The notes under the pieces were generated by a model, which saw only the letters and a list, made by a program, of their open reading frames with translations, had not been told where the DNA came from and searched no databases. 64,000 nt of DNA from a virus. Its lineage: Duplodnaviria; Caudoviricetes. The translations under genes and the position numbers were made by a program. Location: the IMG/VR virus record IMGVR_UViG_3300032030_000005, positions 128,001 to 192,000 of that record, one strand, 5' to 3'. Below, piece after piece: positions 29,284 through 39,514 of the stretch (its first letter is position 1; every line of letters starts with the position of its first letter).

Positions 29284-30417
29284 TTAATTATTTCCAGATA
29301 TCATTTTATTAATAACCTCTAATGGTACTGTTTCATTATCGGTTATTGAAATATACTTTGCTATAGATTTATCCATAGGAAGTTCTTTATTAATAAGGAA
29401 CATTAATCTAGGATCGATAACTTCTTCATCCGGCAGCTTGTTCTTGATTTCTACCTTAACTTCATCGTTTATTACACCTTTTAATAAGTCCTTATTATTT
29501 TCATTGTTATCTATTATGATCTTCACAAAATCATAATTCTTCTTCTCTTTCTCGATAAACTTTAATATTTCATCAGATGTCTTAAAGTTATATTCTGAAA
29601 GATTTAATATCTTATAACTGGAAGCATTTTTATTTTCATAGAATATAGCTTCTGTTTCATCAGTTTCAGGATCAACTCTAGTTAATAAATAACCCTTATC
29701 TTCCTGATCTAAAAAGCTAAATCTCTCAAAACTTCCTGTATAAAATACCTTATCTTGGTCCTTATAGTTTTTAAAATCATGTATGTGACCAAATACAATA
29801 TGATAATTACATAATGATAGTAATTTCTCAACGGAATGAACTGCTTCACTCCTTTTTAATTTTTTAATATCTTCGTCATTTCCGGTAAATGAAATAAAAT
29901 CCATCATACCATGACCAAATATCATATCGTAATTATTTTCATGATTGAAATATTCATGATAATATTTATCATACTTTTCTGGATATTCTTCTGGTAAATA
30001 GAGTATATTATATTCATATTCACCAAGAGCAATAGTTTCAGAGTTTACACTCTTATACATTTTAAATAATGGGTATTTTATTTCAAGATGATCAAAATTA
30101 TTTAATTGATTTGCATCATGCGATTTAGTACCTTTTATCAGTCTAATATAAAAATTAAACCGCTTTGACATTTCACATAATTCACTTATGAATTTTAAGA
30201 CATAATTTGCTGATACCTCATTCATCTTAATGACTCTATCATATAAGTCACCTTCAATGACAACCATATCAAGATGGTCATATTCTTTTATGATGTTAGG
30301 TATCTCGTTTAAAAAACCTTCTTTTAAATCTTTATAGAGTTTTTCATCATTTTTCTTGCCAAAATGTATATCTGCAATATTTAATACATTTAAAGCTCTT
30401 TTAAGACTATTTTTCAT
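29284..30417 (-). CDS. sbcD: SbcD/Mre11-like metallophosphoesterase nuclease
   Basis: IADIHFG, GDLYD, GTKSHD, FGHG, FGHIH, YTGSF. Confidence 0.85.
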   Translation of the reverse strand: MKNSLKRALNVLNIADIHFGKKNDEKLYKDLKEGFLNEIPNIIKEYDHLDMVVIEGDLYDRVIKMNEVSANYVLKFISELCEMSKRFNFYIRLIKGTKSHDANQLNNFDHLEIKYPLFKMYKSVNSETIALGEYEYNILYLPEEYPEKYDKYYHEYFNHENNYDMIFGHGMMDFISFTGNDEDIKKLKRSEAVHSVEKLLSLCNYHIVFGHIHDFKNYKDQDKVFYTGSFERFSFLDQEDKGYLLTRVDPETDETEAIFYENKNASSYKILNLSEYNFKTSDEILKFIEKEKKNYDFVKIIIDNNENNKDLLKGVINDEVKVEIKNKLPDEEVIDPRLMFLINKELPMDKSIAKYISITDNETVPLEVINKMISGNN

Positions 30418-31354
30418 TATTAACCTCCAATATATTTTTATTTAATATATTATTAATATTATTATTTTCTGTATAAGGAATTCTTAATAAAGAAATATTA
30501 TTCTTTTTACAATATTCATTTTTAATATTATCTCTTTTTATTCTTTTCAAATAATCATCTTCTGTATAATCATACCACATTTTTTTAAAATGTTGTATAC
30601 CATCACATTCTATACATAAATTATATTCTTCCAAATAAAAATCAAACTCTAAAGTTTGTTTATATTTGCAATCTTTAAAGTCTGTACAATGCCATATATA
30701 TTTTATTTTATTATCTTCTAACCACTTAGCAACTTTTTCTTCACCTATAGATCTTTTACAATATGGACATAAATGCCCGTCATATAAAATATGCTTAGGT
30801 GTTATTTTAAATTCTTTATTGCATATATTACATCTAACTAAAATTTTATTTCTACAACCAGTATATTTTTCTAAAAATGTAAATTGTGTTATATTAAGTT
30901 CCTTTATTTTATTTAAAAATTCTTCATTTGTTAAAAGTTTGTCAATACCAATTTTTTTATTAGCACATACTGGACATCTATGTCCATTCTTTAAAAAATC
31001 ATGAGCTCTCATCTCAAAAATATTTTTACAGTTAGTATGTAAAAATTTAATTTTATCAGGTTTTTTAGTTCCATCTGATTTATAAGTGTTTAAAACTGTA
31101 TATTCATCACCTACTAAATCATAAACTTCTTTTAGAAAATCTTCATGAGTTCTCTTATATTTTCCAGAACATCTTGGACATCTTGTATTATTGTTTAAAA
31201 AGTTATGTGGTGTAACATCGTATATATTATTGCAAGTATTATGTTTTATTTTAATCTTTGTTTTATTATTTACATATTCTCCTAAAACTATATATTCGTC
31301 TTTAACTAAATCATATACTTCTTTTTTAAATTGATCAGTGGTTTTGTCATTCAT
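30407..31354 (-). CDS. Free-standing homing endonuclease (zinc-ribbon plus Vsr/EDxHD-like)
   Basis: HNTC..RCPRC repeats; SIGE..FDFY..IECDGIQH; stop overlaps the sbcD start region. Confidence 0.8.
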   Translation of the reverse strand: MNDKTTDQFKKEVYDLVKDEYIVLGEYVNNKTKIKIKHNTCNNIYDVTPHNFLNNNTRCPRCSGKYKRTHEDFLKEVYDLVGDEYTVLNTYKSDGTKKPDKIKFLHTNCKNIFEMRAHDFLKNGHRCPVCANKKIGIDKLLTNEEFLNKIKELNITQFTFLEKYTGCRNKILVRCNICNKEFKITPKHILYDGHLCPYCKRSIGEEKVAKWLEDNKIKYIWHCTDFKDCKYKQTLEFDFYLEEYNLCIECDGIQHFKKMWYDYTEDDYLKRIKRDNIKNEYCKKNNISLLRIPYTENNNINNILNKNILEVNNEK

Positions 31355-31359
31355 ACATT

Positions 31360-31980
31360 CTATTCCTTTCCAACTTCAAAATTTCCAAAAAACTCATTTA
31401 CCATACTAGGTATATCGAATTTTTTTACTTCATTCGTTATTGTAAGAGTGTATATTGGATCTAATGCATTTTTAACTATCCAGTGTAAAGGCATTTTATC
31501 AACATGCTCTTCATCCAGAGATCCTAATAAAATTCTATCAAATAAAGCTCTATTATTTTTAATAATCGATAAATCACAATTATCTCTCTGAATAAGTTCA
31601 ATCCAAGTTTTGTTATTCATACAGTAGATAAAACTCAATAATGAACTTATTGAAAATTTACCATCTCTCCATGGATATAAGTCTTTTAAATCTTGAGACG
31701 CTTCTGAAAAGTAGAGATCTATTATTTCCATTAATCCCTGCCTTGAAGCACTTGCAAAATCACCAAGATAACATTTTTCAATATTATATGGATCACCTTT
31801 AAATAGTTTGTCCATATAATATATATAGTAATCATATTTTATACATTTGTCATAAACATCATAATGTTGTTCATGTGTAAGATCATATGATCTTAGATAT
31901 ATAATATCCATTACATGTTTTTCCTTTGCTTCAATTTCTGCAACATTTTTTAAAATACCATCCATATATTTACTTGCCAT
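31360..31980 (-). CDS. Hypothetical early protein
   Basis: AAGGAAG RBS; early motif 32030. Confidence 0.6.
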   Translation of the reverse strand: MASKYMDGILKNVAEIEAKEKHVMDIIYLRSYDLTHEQHYDVYDKCIKYDYYIYYMDKLFKGDPYNIEKCYLGDFASASRQGLMEIIDLYFSEASQDLKDLYPWRDGKFSISSLLSFIYCMNNKTWIELIQRDNCDLSIIKNNRALFDRILLGSLDEEHVDKMPLHWIVKNALDPIYTLTITNEVKKFDIPSMVNEFFGNFEVGKE

Positions 31981-32068
31981 AATTTAACTTCCTTTCTGTT
32001 TTAAGTTAATATAAAGAAATAGCTAAATTATAATATATAAATATTTTCAATTAGAAATTTTAATAAAA

Positions 32069-32098
32069 ATCCCTTAAGACTCTTTGGTCTTAAGGGAT
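32069..32098. terminator. CCCTTAAG hairpin terminator
   Basis: ATCCCTTAAGAC-tctttg-GTCTTAAGGGAT. Confidence 0.8.
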
Positions 32099-32104
32099 AT
32101 ATTA

Positions 32105-32683
32105 TTACTTCTTTAATGTCTCTTCAAGTTCTTTCTTAGCAGCTTCAAGCTCTTCAGCCTTATCACCTTTAATATCCTTAGAACTTTCTTCAAGGATTGA
32201 ATTCTGTTCTTCAAGATACTGTTTAAGAAATTCATTCTTATCTACTTTAGTCATAGCATCATAAATACCAGACTGCTTTTCAAAATTCTTAAAATTAGCA
32301 ACAGCCTTAGTAAGAGCTTCCTTCTTGTCTTCTGGAATAGGAAGAATCTTACCATCTGGACTATTCTTGTCTACTAAGAGAAATGCTAAATTACCAAATA
32401 CAGGTGTTCCAAAGAATCCTAAATTATATTTGATATCTGGATCGAACTGATCATAGTTCATAAACATTGTAAAATCATCAAAAGGGCTTGGAAGAAAACC
32501 TGCATTATTAATCTTTCCCGGCTCTTGATCTTTTGTATGTTCCGTAACTAAATCAATAATCTTGATGAAAGCTTCATTCATACCTTCCTTATCAGAAGTA
32601 TATGAAAAATCTTCAAAGATTACATTATCTTCACCCGGCTTTACTATGCCAATAAAACCAGTATAAGTTGTAACTAAATCCAT
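32105..32683 (-). CDS. Hypothetical protein
   Basis: AAGGAG RBS; late motif 32712. Confidence 0.65.
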   Translation of the reverse strand: MDLVTTYTGFIGIVKPGEDNVIFEDFSYTSDKEGMNEAFIKIIDLVTEHTKDQEPGKINNAGFLPSPFDDFTMFMNYDQFDPDIKYNLGFFGTPVFGNLAFLLVDKNSPDGKILPIPEDKKEALTKAVANFKNFEKQSGIYDAMTKVDKNEFLKQYLEEQNSILEESSKDIKGDKAEELEAAKKELEETLKK

Positions 32684-32746
32684 AATCTTACTCCTTTATT
32701 AAATTATTTAATATTATATAGTTAATAAAAAATTTTATTTTTTAAT

Positions 32747-34153
32747 TTATAATTCTTTATTTAAATTAAAAATATTTTTTATATTTCTCTTTTTAGATTC
32801 CATATGAGTTCTACCAAAATATTCTTCTCTTTCATCTATAAGTTTTTGCATTTCTATAAGAGCTGGATCTATAGGATTATTAACTATATTATTCATTACT
32901 TCTTCTTTATTATAACTAGCAAATCGTTTAAACTGTTGTTCTTGTTTATTAACTTCTTTTCTATTAAATTCATTAATAGGATTATCAGATATATTTTTAA
33001 AAAATTTATTTCTATTATTGCTATAAATCAATACATATAAGCCAATAAGATAACTCATAGTTAAGTCATCATGTTCACCACTCATATGATTAATCTTACC
33101 AGACTTTTCTCTTATTAATTTCTTAAGTTCATCAAAGAGTTCGTTATTGTTAATAAGTTCGGGTCTAGTATTAGCAATCATAAATAATATTTCTTCAGTC
33201 ATTACTTTTCTTGTAGTAGTATCTGTCTGGAAACCATACTTACGAGTTTCAATAGTACTTTTATTAGATTTATTCGTATTAAAGATAGAAGTCTTCTTAA
33301 TTTTCTTTTGTGTATAATCTTTATCTTCTGAAGATGTATAATAAAGATTCTTAGAAATATCAGACTTTTGAATATGTTCAATAAACGCTGAGTTAAAGTT
33401 ACGTTCAGGAATAATTACTGCATTAGGTACATATTTTTGTACAAATTCAATAACTAAATCTGCAAACTCTAATACACCAATATTATTATTCTTAAACTTC
33501 ATTACTTGTTTATAACTCATAGGATCTATTAATGAAAATGCTGAATAGTCTCGACCAAGACCACCACCAATATCTATTGATAAACACCAGTTCTTATACA
33601 TAAGATTGTTAAATGGTTCTAATACATCAATCTTATAATTATTAATATATATTGTTTGTTCATTTTCACGTTTAATATATTTGGACATTGCATCAAGTTG
33701 TTCTTCGGTAAAAATAGACATATTAGAAGCATATGTCCATTCAATAAGAATTTCTCTCTTAACCTTAGACATATCTCCTTCAAGAGCTTTGATTTGAGCT
33801 TTAAGCCATTTTTCATCTTTACCTAATTCATCATAATGATATTCTATATAAATATAATTATTGCCTGAATTCTTTTCTAAATAATCTTCTAATTCTTCAT
33901 CAGATTTATCATAAAAACTAAAATCAAATTTAGCAGCTTTTGTTATCATATCATGACAGAATTTACCTTCTGGTACATCTAAATTGTTAGGAGTAGTCGA
34001 GATTGTGATCCCATATGGTTGTTTTGCCTTTTTTGCTGCATCACTAGCTTTTGTAAGGGCCGGTCTAGCCGACATATACATGACTTTATTCATGTTCAAA
34101 AATGCAAATTCGTCACACCAAAGTATAGGAATATTAAGGCCTCGTCCTAACTT
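32747..34153 (-). CDS. terL: Terminase large subunit, exon 2 (Walker B plus RNase H-like nuclease domain)
   Basis: KLGRGLNIPILWCDEFAF, ISTTPN, SIDIGGGLGRDYS, IPERN, HDDLTMSY; in frame 54 nt upstream of the ORF-track start. Confidence 0.9.
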   Translation of the reverse strand, partial: KLGRGLNIPILWCDEFAFLNMNKVMYMSARPALTKASDAAKKAKQPYGITISTTPNNLDVPEGKFCHDMITKAAKFDFSFYDKSDEELEDYLEKNSGNNYIYIEYHYDELGKDEKWLKAQIKALEGDMSKVKREILIEWTYASNMSIFTEEQLDAMSKYIKRENEQTIYINNYKIDVLEPFNNLMYKNWCLSIDIGGGLGRDYSAFSLIDPMSYKQVMKFKNNNIGVLEFADLVIEFVQKYVPNAVIIPERNFNSAFIEHIQKSDISKNLYYTSSEDKDYTQKKIKKTSIFNTNKSNKSTIETRKYGFQTDTTTRKVMTEEILFMIANTRPELINNNELFDELKKLIREKSGKINHMSGEHDDLTMSYLIGLYVLIYSNNRNKFFKNISDNPINEFNRKEVNKQEQQFKRFASYNKEEVMNNIVNNPIDPALIEMQKLIDEREEYFGRTHMESKKRNIKNIFNLNKEL

Positions 34154-35670
34154 CTAATAAGTCTTAATATTTTATTTTATGTATTTATTCAGTATAACTT
34201 CGATGTTATTAAACTCTTTATATGATATTCTTAATAAGTCATGACCATATTTCTTACAATATTCATTTTTAAGATTATCTCTATATTGATATTCTTTTAG
34301 ATCACCATAATAACTTTCTTCAAAATGTTGAATACCATCAAATTCTATTAACAATAATGAGCCATCTGGATATTCCAATTTAAAATCAAATTTTAATGGA
34401 TGATTTTTAGATTTATGATAAAGATCTTTAAATATAAAATTACGTTTAAACTCAATATTGCGATCGGTTAACCATTTGGCTATACGCTCTTCACCTATAT
34501 AATTATTCTTACAATAAGGACATCTTTGTCCGGCTAAGAAATGATGAGGTGTCATATCAAATGTTCTATTACATTTTTTATGCTTAAATGTAAGCTTAGT
34601 CTCAGTATTTTTATATTCATTTAATACTGTATATGTATCTTTAACTAAATCATTAACTTTTGTTAAGAATTCTTCATTTGTCATAGTTTGTTTCTTTTTA
34701 GAACATACAGGACATCTATATCCTAATAAAAAATTAGATGGTGTTACATCATAAATAGTATTACAAGTATTATGTTTAATTTTAACTTTGGTGGAATTAT
34801 TAATATATTCAGACATTAACTCATATTCATTGTTGGTCAATTGATTTATTTCATATTTAAATATATCTGTATTTCTTTTATTATTTTTAGAACAATATGG
34901 ACATTTATTTTTCTTTTTCAAGAAACCTTGAGGAGTAATTTCAAATGTATTATTACATTTTAAATGTTTGATTTTAACTTTAGTAAAATTATTAATATAT
35001 TCATCTAATACTAAATATTCATTTCCACATTTTTCTTGAAATTCTTTAGTTGTTAATTTTCTATATTTATTACAATATGGACATTTTTTATATCCATTTA
35101 ATATATTAGCTACAATTCCTTCAAAAGTATTATTGCATGTTTTATGTTTAAAAGTTAATACAGATTTATTATTTGTATATTGGCCTGATATAACTATAAA
35201 TTCACCATTATTAAAATTTTCAAATTGTTTTTTAACTTCTTCAAATGTTTTTCGTTTACGGCTATAATGATTTGAATTCATATTAATTACCTCGCATATC
35301 GTTTAATATCCGGTTGTTAACATGAATATTTAAATAAAAAGTGGACTATATCTTCAGACGTATATGGTTAATACGTACTGCTCTCCATTTGGGTGATGTT
35401 TATATAACACCATATAGAAATTATTAAGTTCTATTCCTACTCTACTCCCTTCTTCAATTCTATATAGAATTTATGGTTTCGATAGTCTCTGAACGTTCTT
35501 CTATAATAAGTATAGAAGCTTCGCTGCTGATTGTCTAAGCTTCTTAATTTTTAAGCATTCAAGCTCATCTTTACAGATCACTTTGTAGCTTAAGAAGTAT
35601 AAAGAGTTTCCAGCAATTAGAAGAGTTTATTATAGTGCGAACAAGTTAGGATAGTTTCTGAAAGCTTTTT
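34154..35670 (-). mobile_element. Group I intron in terL with the homing endonuclease 3' of the catalytic core (P9 region)
   Basis: P1: exon AGUGCGGAU pairs GUUCGCACU with U-G; P10: CCUAACUU pairs exon-2 AAGUUAGG; P7 GACUAU/AUAGUC; omega-G at 34154; core similar to the RNAP intron. Confidence 0.92.
34172..35281 (-). CDS. Intron-encoded homing endonuclease (four zinc-ribbon repeats plus Vsr/EDxHD-like)
   Basis: KHKTC..CPYC repeats; FDFKL..IEFDGIQH; own late-type motif at 35307-35318. Confidence 0.85.
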   Translation of the reverse strand: MNSNHYSRKRKTFEEVKKQFENFNNGEFIVISGQYTNNKSVLTFKHKTCNNTFEGIVANILNGYKKCPYCNKYRKLTTKEFQEKCGNEYLVLDEYINNFTKVKIKHLKCNNTFEITPQGFLKKKNKCPYCSKNNKRNTDIFKYEINQLTNNEYELMSEYINNSTKVKIKHNTCNTIYDVTPSNFLLGYRCPVCSKKKQTMTNEEFLTKVNDLVKDTYTVLNEYKNTETKLTFKHKKCNRTFDMTPHHFLAGQRCPYCKNNYIGEERIAKWLTDRNIEFKRNFIFKDLYHKSKNHPLKFDFKLEYPDGSLLLIEFDGIQHFEESYYGDLKEYQYRDNLKNEYCKKYGHDLLRISYKEFNNIEVILNKYIK

Positions 35671-36267
35671 ATCCGCACTTTTTTCATCTTTAGGTGATGA
35701 TAATGATTTTACAGTATTATTTCTTTCAGCAATACGAAGCATATTTATATTATCTGTATCGTATTTAGGATTCATATGAGCTTTTAAATAAGCCGGTAAT
35801 ACTTCAATTACGTCCATAAGACGTTTAAGATTTTCTTGGCTATCCTGAAGCTGTTTATTACTAAATATCATAGTATAGTTTTCAGCTTGGAATAAATATA
35901 CCCAAGAATACCAACATATATTAGACCAAGTTTTATAGTGCTGACGAGGCAAACATATAATAACGTCTCTATTTTTTAACTGAACGAAATGTAATGCCAT
36001 ATTGCCTAAATGTAATTCATAAGGTACGGCACCACCAGTAGAATTAATCTTTATTACTTCTCTGATATAATACCAGAAATTAAGCTTAACTTCTTTAAGA
36101 ATCCGGCCTTGCATCTCTAAAGATAAATTATGACTATTAGGATCTATACCTTGTAATTTAGAATCATATAATTGTAACATAAAATTCCAATTCTTTACGC
36201 CTTTATCTTTAAGCTGTTTAGCCATTTTAATAAAACTTAAATTTGATGTATTGTAATCATAAATCAT
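35671..36267 (-). CDS. terL: Terminase large subunit, exon 1 (Walker A); spliced product about 667 aa
   Basis: NFWYYIREV, LPRQHYKT Walker A; AAGGAG RBS before ATG 36267; ends ...KSAD| and joins KLGRG. Confidence 0.9.
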
Positions 36268-36394
36268 ATAATTTCTCCTTTCTTTCAATATTTATAATCA
36301 TATAGTTATAAACCGAAATAAAATATAAATGTATTTATATATTATTATTGTAATGAAAGAAACCACAACTACTATATTAAAGGAGGTAATAAGT

Positions 36395-36778
36395 ATGACA
36401 AATACTTATGAAACAATTAAGAATCTTATCGCTAGGTGTTCAAAGCCTAGCGAGCTGGATAGGATAATGGAAGAATATATCGATGACGAAATTCAGGAAC
36501 GTCTTATCGATGAATTTGAAGAAGAATACAAGAAGTTTATAGCAACAGATATAAAGGATTTGCCTGAGATTCGAGTTGATGGCCGTAGGATTCTCGATCC
36601 AGGTAATTACCGCATCTTTGCATTTAAAAACTCCCTTGTCCTGAAAGTGGAGTATGTGGTAAGAGGTTATATGGAAAACAACAAGGTAACATTTACACCA
36701 AGTAAGAACAAGTACTATAAGAGCTATCACGTATGCCTCAAGAACTCAGTTCGGTACAAGTTCAATATTGGTTACTAG
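36395..36778 (+). CDS. Hypothetical early protein
   Basis: AAGGAGGT RBS before MTNTYE; early motif 36336; hairpin terminator about 36793-36830. Confidence 0.65.
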   Translation: MTNTYETIKNLIARCSKPSELDRIMEEYIDDEIQERLIDEFEEEYKKFIATDIKDLPEIRVDGRRILDPGNYRIFAFKNSLVLKVEYVVRGYMENNKVTFTPSKNKYYKSYHVCLKNSVRYKFNIGY

Positions 36779-36894
36779 GTGAAAGGAAGTGATAAAAAAA
36801 AAATAATGGTTATGAACCATTATTTTTTTTATTTATATATTATAATAGTGTAAAAAAATTAATATTTTTGTCTAAAGACAAGGGGGAATTAAAA

Positions 36895-37269
36895 ATGGCA
36901 AAAGATTTTTTAAAGATCATTGATGAAGAACTTTTTACGCCAACTGAAATTGATGAATTCGTAACTGAACTTACAAGTGAAGAGTATGAATTATTAATTG
37001 CAATTGCTAAAACATGTGTTGTTCTTATTGACAAGGATGTCTTATATAAAAGACGTTCACATTGTGAAGAGTTCTGTCATGATCTTACATTGAAAATGGA
37101 TTATGTTCTTAAGTCCAGACCATACTATGAAGGAGGAACAGAAGTGTATACGACTGGTATAAAAGGAGGATATAATCCAGAACACAGATGCAACTATGAT
37201 TTAGATGCTTTACCATCTAATACTGATGTTGCTTTTGAATCAGAAAACTTTGAATGGAGGAAATATTAA
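36895..37269 (+). CDS. Hypothetical early protein
   Basis: AAGGGGGA RBS before MAKDFL; early motif 36834. Confidence 0.6.
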   Translation: MAKDFLKIIDEELFTPTEIDEFVTELTSEEYELLIAIAKTCVVLIDKDVLYKRRSHCEEFCHDLTLKMDYVLKSRPYYEGGTEVYTTGIKGGYNPEHRCNYDLDALPSNTDVAFESENFEWRKY

Positions 37270-38018
37270 TGTATAGTACAAATCAGATTTTTAAAAAAAT
37301 TCATAGTCGTATCAATGATATAAAGGATATTACTGTTGAAACTGAATATGAAACAAATAAAAGGCTGTTTATCCGTCCAGGATTTACACCTCTTAGACTT
37401 GGATACGTAGGTGTAGGTGATATATCCTATAGTACAAGTGCATATGTATTTGATTCACTGTTTTATGATGAAACAGGTTTCAAATATGAAGAAAATAAAC
37501 AAAGATTTTTTGAAGGAAAAGCTGCTTATAAATATTGTGATGGCAGAACACTAGCACTTATTGAAAATCTACTTGATATAGTTATCGGTAGATGCGATCC
37601 TTTAGATCTAGACGCATATAAAGATCATTTATATAATAAAGATATAGAATATATAATCTTCAATCTTTCAGATAGTACTTGCATAGATGAGACAATACGC
37701 TCAAATTGTATTTTCTCAATAATTGGTCATGATTATAATCAAATGATTAAAGAAGAATACTATTTTGAAATATCTGTTGATCATTACTATGATGTAATAG
37801 TTGATAAATATTATGATGATAAGCCTTTGTCATTAGTCAAATTATACAAAATCAATAATATTACAAAATATCGTAATATAGATGAATTTGAAGAAAGATT
37901 AAACGATATAGATCCTAATATAGCTAGACTCGTACATAAAGATTATTCATATTTAGCGGAGGAAAGTATAAAACATCTTTTCAACGAAGAAGAAATTGAA
38001 ATTGATTGGAGAGATTAA
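37254..38018 (+). CDS. Hypothetical protein (paralogue trio, member 1)
   Basis: Coupled ORF; true start probably 37269. Confidence 0.6.
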   Translation: MEEILMYSTNQIFKKIHSRINDIKDITVETEYETNKRLFIRPGFTPLRLGYVGVGDISYSTSAYVFDSLFYDETGFKYEENKQRFFEGKAAYKYCDGRTLALIENLLDIVIGRCDPLDLDAYKDHLYNKDIEYIIFNLSDSTCIDETIRSNCIFSIIGHDYNQMIKEEYYFEISVDHYYDVIVDKYYDDKPLSLVKLYKINNITKYRNIDEFEERLNDIDPNIARLVHKDYSYLAEESIKHLFNEEEIEIDWRD

Positions 38019-38721
38019 TATGACTGATAATACTCTTACAGAAAAAATATTTAAAGAAAACTACCAAGAGGAAGCTCTTGGTAGTTATATTAGATACGGA
38101 TATGCACCTTTAAATTATTATAAAGGTAGATTTGTAATAAATGGTGTAGAAACTGAATTAGTAATAACACCTGATAATTCAGCTAATATCCATGAGATAT
38201 TATCATTTTTCAGTTGTGGACATGATATAATATCAGATAGTAGTTGTATATCATTATTACAGATGTTAAAAAGATTACCAAAATATAGTAATTTAGAAAA
38301 TAAAGATATTATAAATCTATCAAAAGTGGGTAATTACTTATCTTTTTATATGCATAAATATGTACCTTGTTCATTTATATCATATGATGAAGAAGAAGAC
38401 TTTATCAATATAGATTCATATATTGGCATAATTGTAGCCGATGGTATTAAGAAAAAATGTTATCAACATTGTTTATCTGTAAATTTTAAAATTTATGCAG
38501 ATCATATTGGATTTTATAGTAATCCAATGTTATTTTTCCACACTGATAGACAATGTTATATTTATGATGATGATGTTGATACATTTTATAATACTGTTAA
38601 ACGTGAAATTATTAGTCATCATAATATAGCACAACATGACATATCACAGTTAGACGCATTTAAAAATATGTATTTACAGACAGTAATAGGCCAATTAGAA
38701 AGGAATCTAGATAATGGTTAA
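37996..38721 (+). CDS. Hypothetical protein (paralogue trio, member 2)
   Basis: Coupled ORF; true start probably 38020 (GGAG RBS). Confidence 0.6.
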   Translation: MKLIGEINMTDNTLTEKIFKENYQEEALGSYIRYGYAPLNYYKGRFVINGVETELVITPDNSANIHEILSFFSCGHDIISDSSCISLLQMLKRLPKYSNLENKDIINLSKVGNYLSFYMHKYVPCSFISYDEEEDFINIDSYIGIIVADGIKKKCYQHCLSVNFKIYADHIGFYSNPMLFFHTDRQCYIYDDDVDTFYNTVKREIISHHNIAQHDISQLDAFKNMYLQTVIGQLERNLDNG

Positions 38722-39427
38722 TACAAAAACGTTATTTGATATGGAATATAAATATCGTAATGATAGTATACGAACACCACGTAACTATTATAATACATAT
38801 GATAATTTGAATGTTAAAGATGGTTATAATTTATTAACTACTTTTCATTATGCATTTACAACAGTATACAAAAGAAATGCTATATTTTCTAATGATAGTT
38901 CAGATCATGCTATTCACTTTTATGATCGTTTCTTAAATTTATTCTTTGATTATAATTTCCGCAAAAAATTACACCCTGAGTTATTTAAAAAAACTTATTC
39001 AGCAACAGTTCCAACAATTCTAAGCGAATTTACCAATGATCAAGAATATTTTAGAATAAGAAAAGATAATGCTAGTTATATTAAATATTATATAGAATCT
39101 AATCCTGGGTTTAGTAGTGATGAATTTGTAGATGAAAAATATGATATTGTCTATATAAAATCAAATATAGCAGTTATATATTTTAACACAGATGATGTAA
39201 TAATAGCTGAAAAATATTTGCATGTATATTTTTCATATTACAATGATTTAATTATATCTAATAATGATATAAAACCAATAATGTTTTATAACGTACACAA
39301 TATAAAGGAAATCCAAGGGTTTGATGATTATATAGCAACATTATCTGAAAAGGATGAAAATGTTATTAATAGTTTAAAACGAGAATATAGAGAAATAGTT
39401 GTCGATAGTTTAGAATCTAATATTTAA
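38714..39427 (+). CDS. Hypothetical protein (paralogue trio, member 3)
   Basis: Coupled ORF followed by terminator 39435-39470. Confidence 0.6.
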   Translation: MVNTKTLFDMEYKYRNDSIRTPRNYYNTYDNLNVKDGYNLLTTFHYAFTTVYKRNAIFSNDSSDHAIHFYDRFLNLFFDYNFRKKLHPELFKKTYSATVPTILSEFTNDQEYFRIRKDNASYIKYYIESNPGFSSDEFVDEKYDIVYIKSNIAVIYFNTDDVIIAEKYLHVYFSYYNDLIISNNDIKPIMFYNVHNIKEIQGFDDYIATLSEKDENVINSLKREYREIVVDSLESNI

Positions 39428-39514
39428 TTTATATAAAGATAAATCCATATAGGATTTATCTTTTTTTTTTATAAAAACTATTCTTTATAGTTTAAAAATA
39501 GAGAGGTGAAAATT

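Noticed and set aside
32747-36288. Two separate terminase genes, or a pseudogene
   Set aside because: Precise P1/P10 pairings and in-frame joining support one spliced gene
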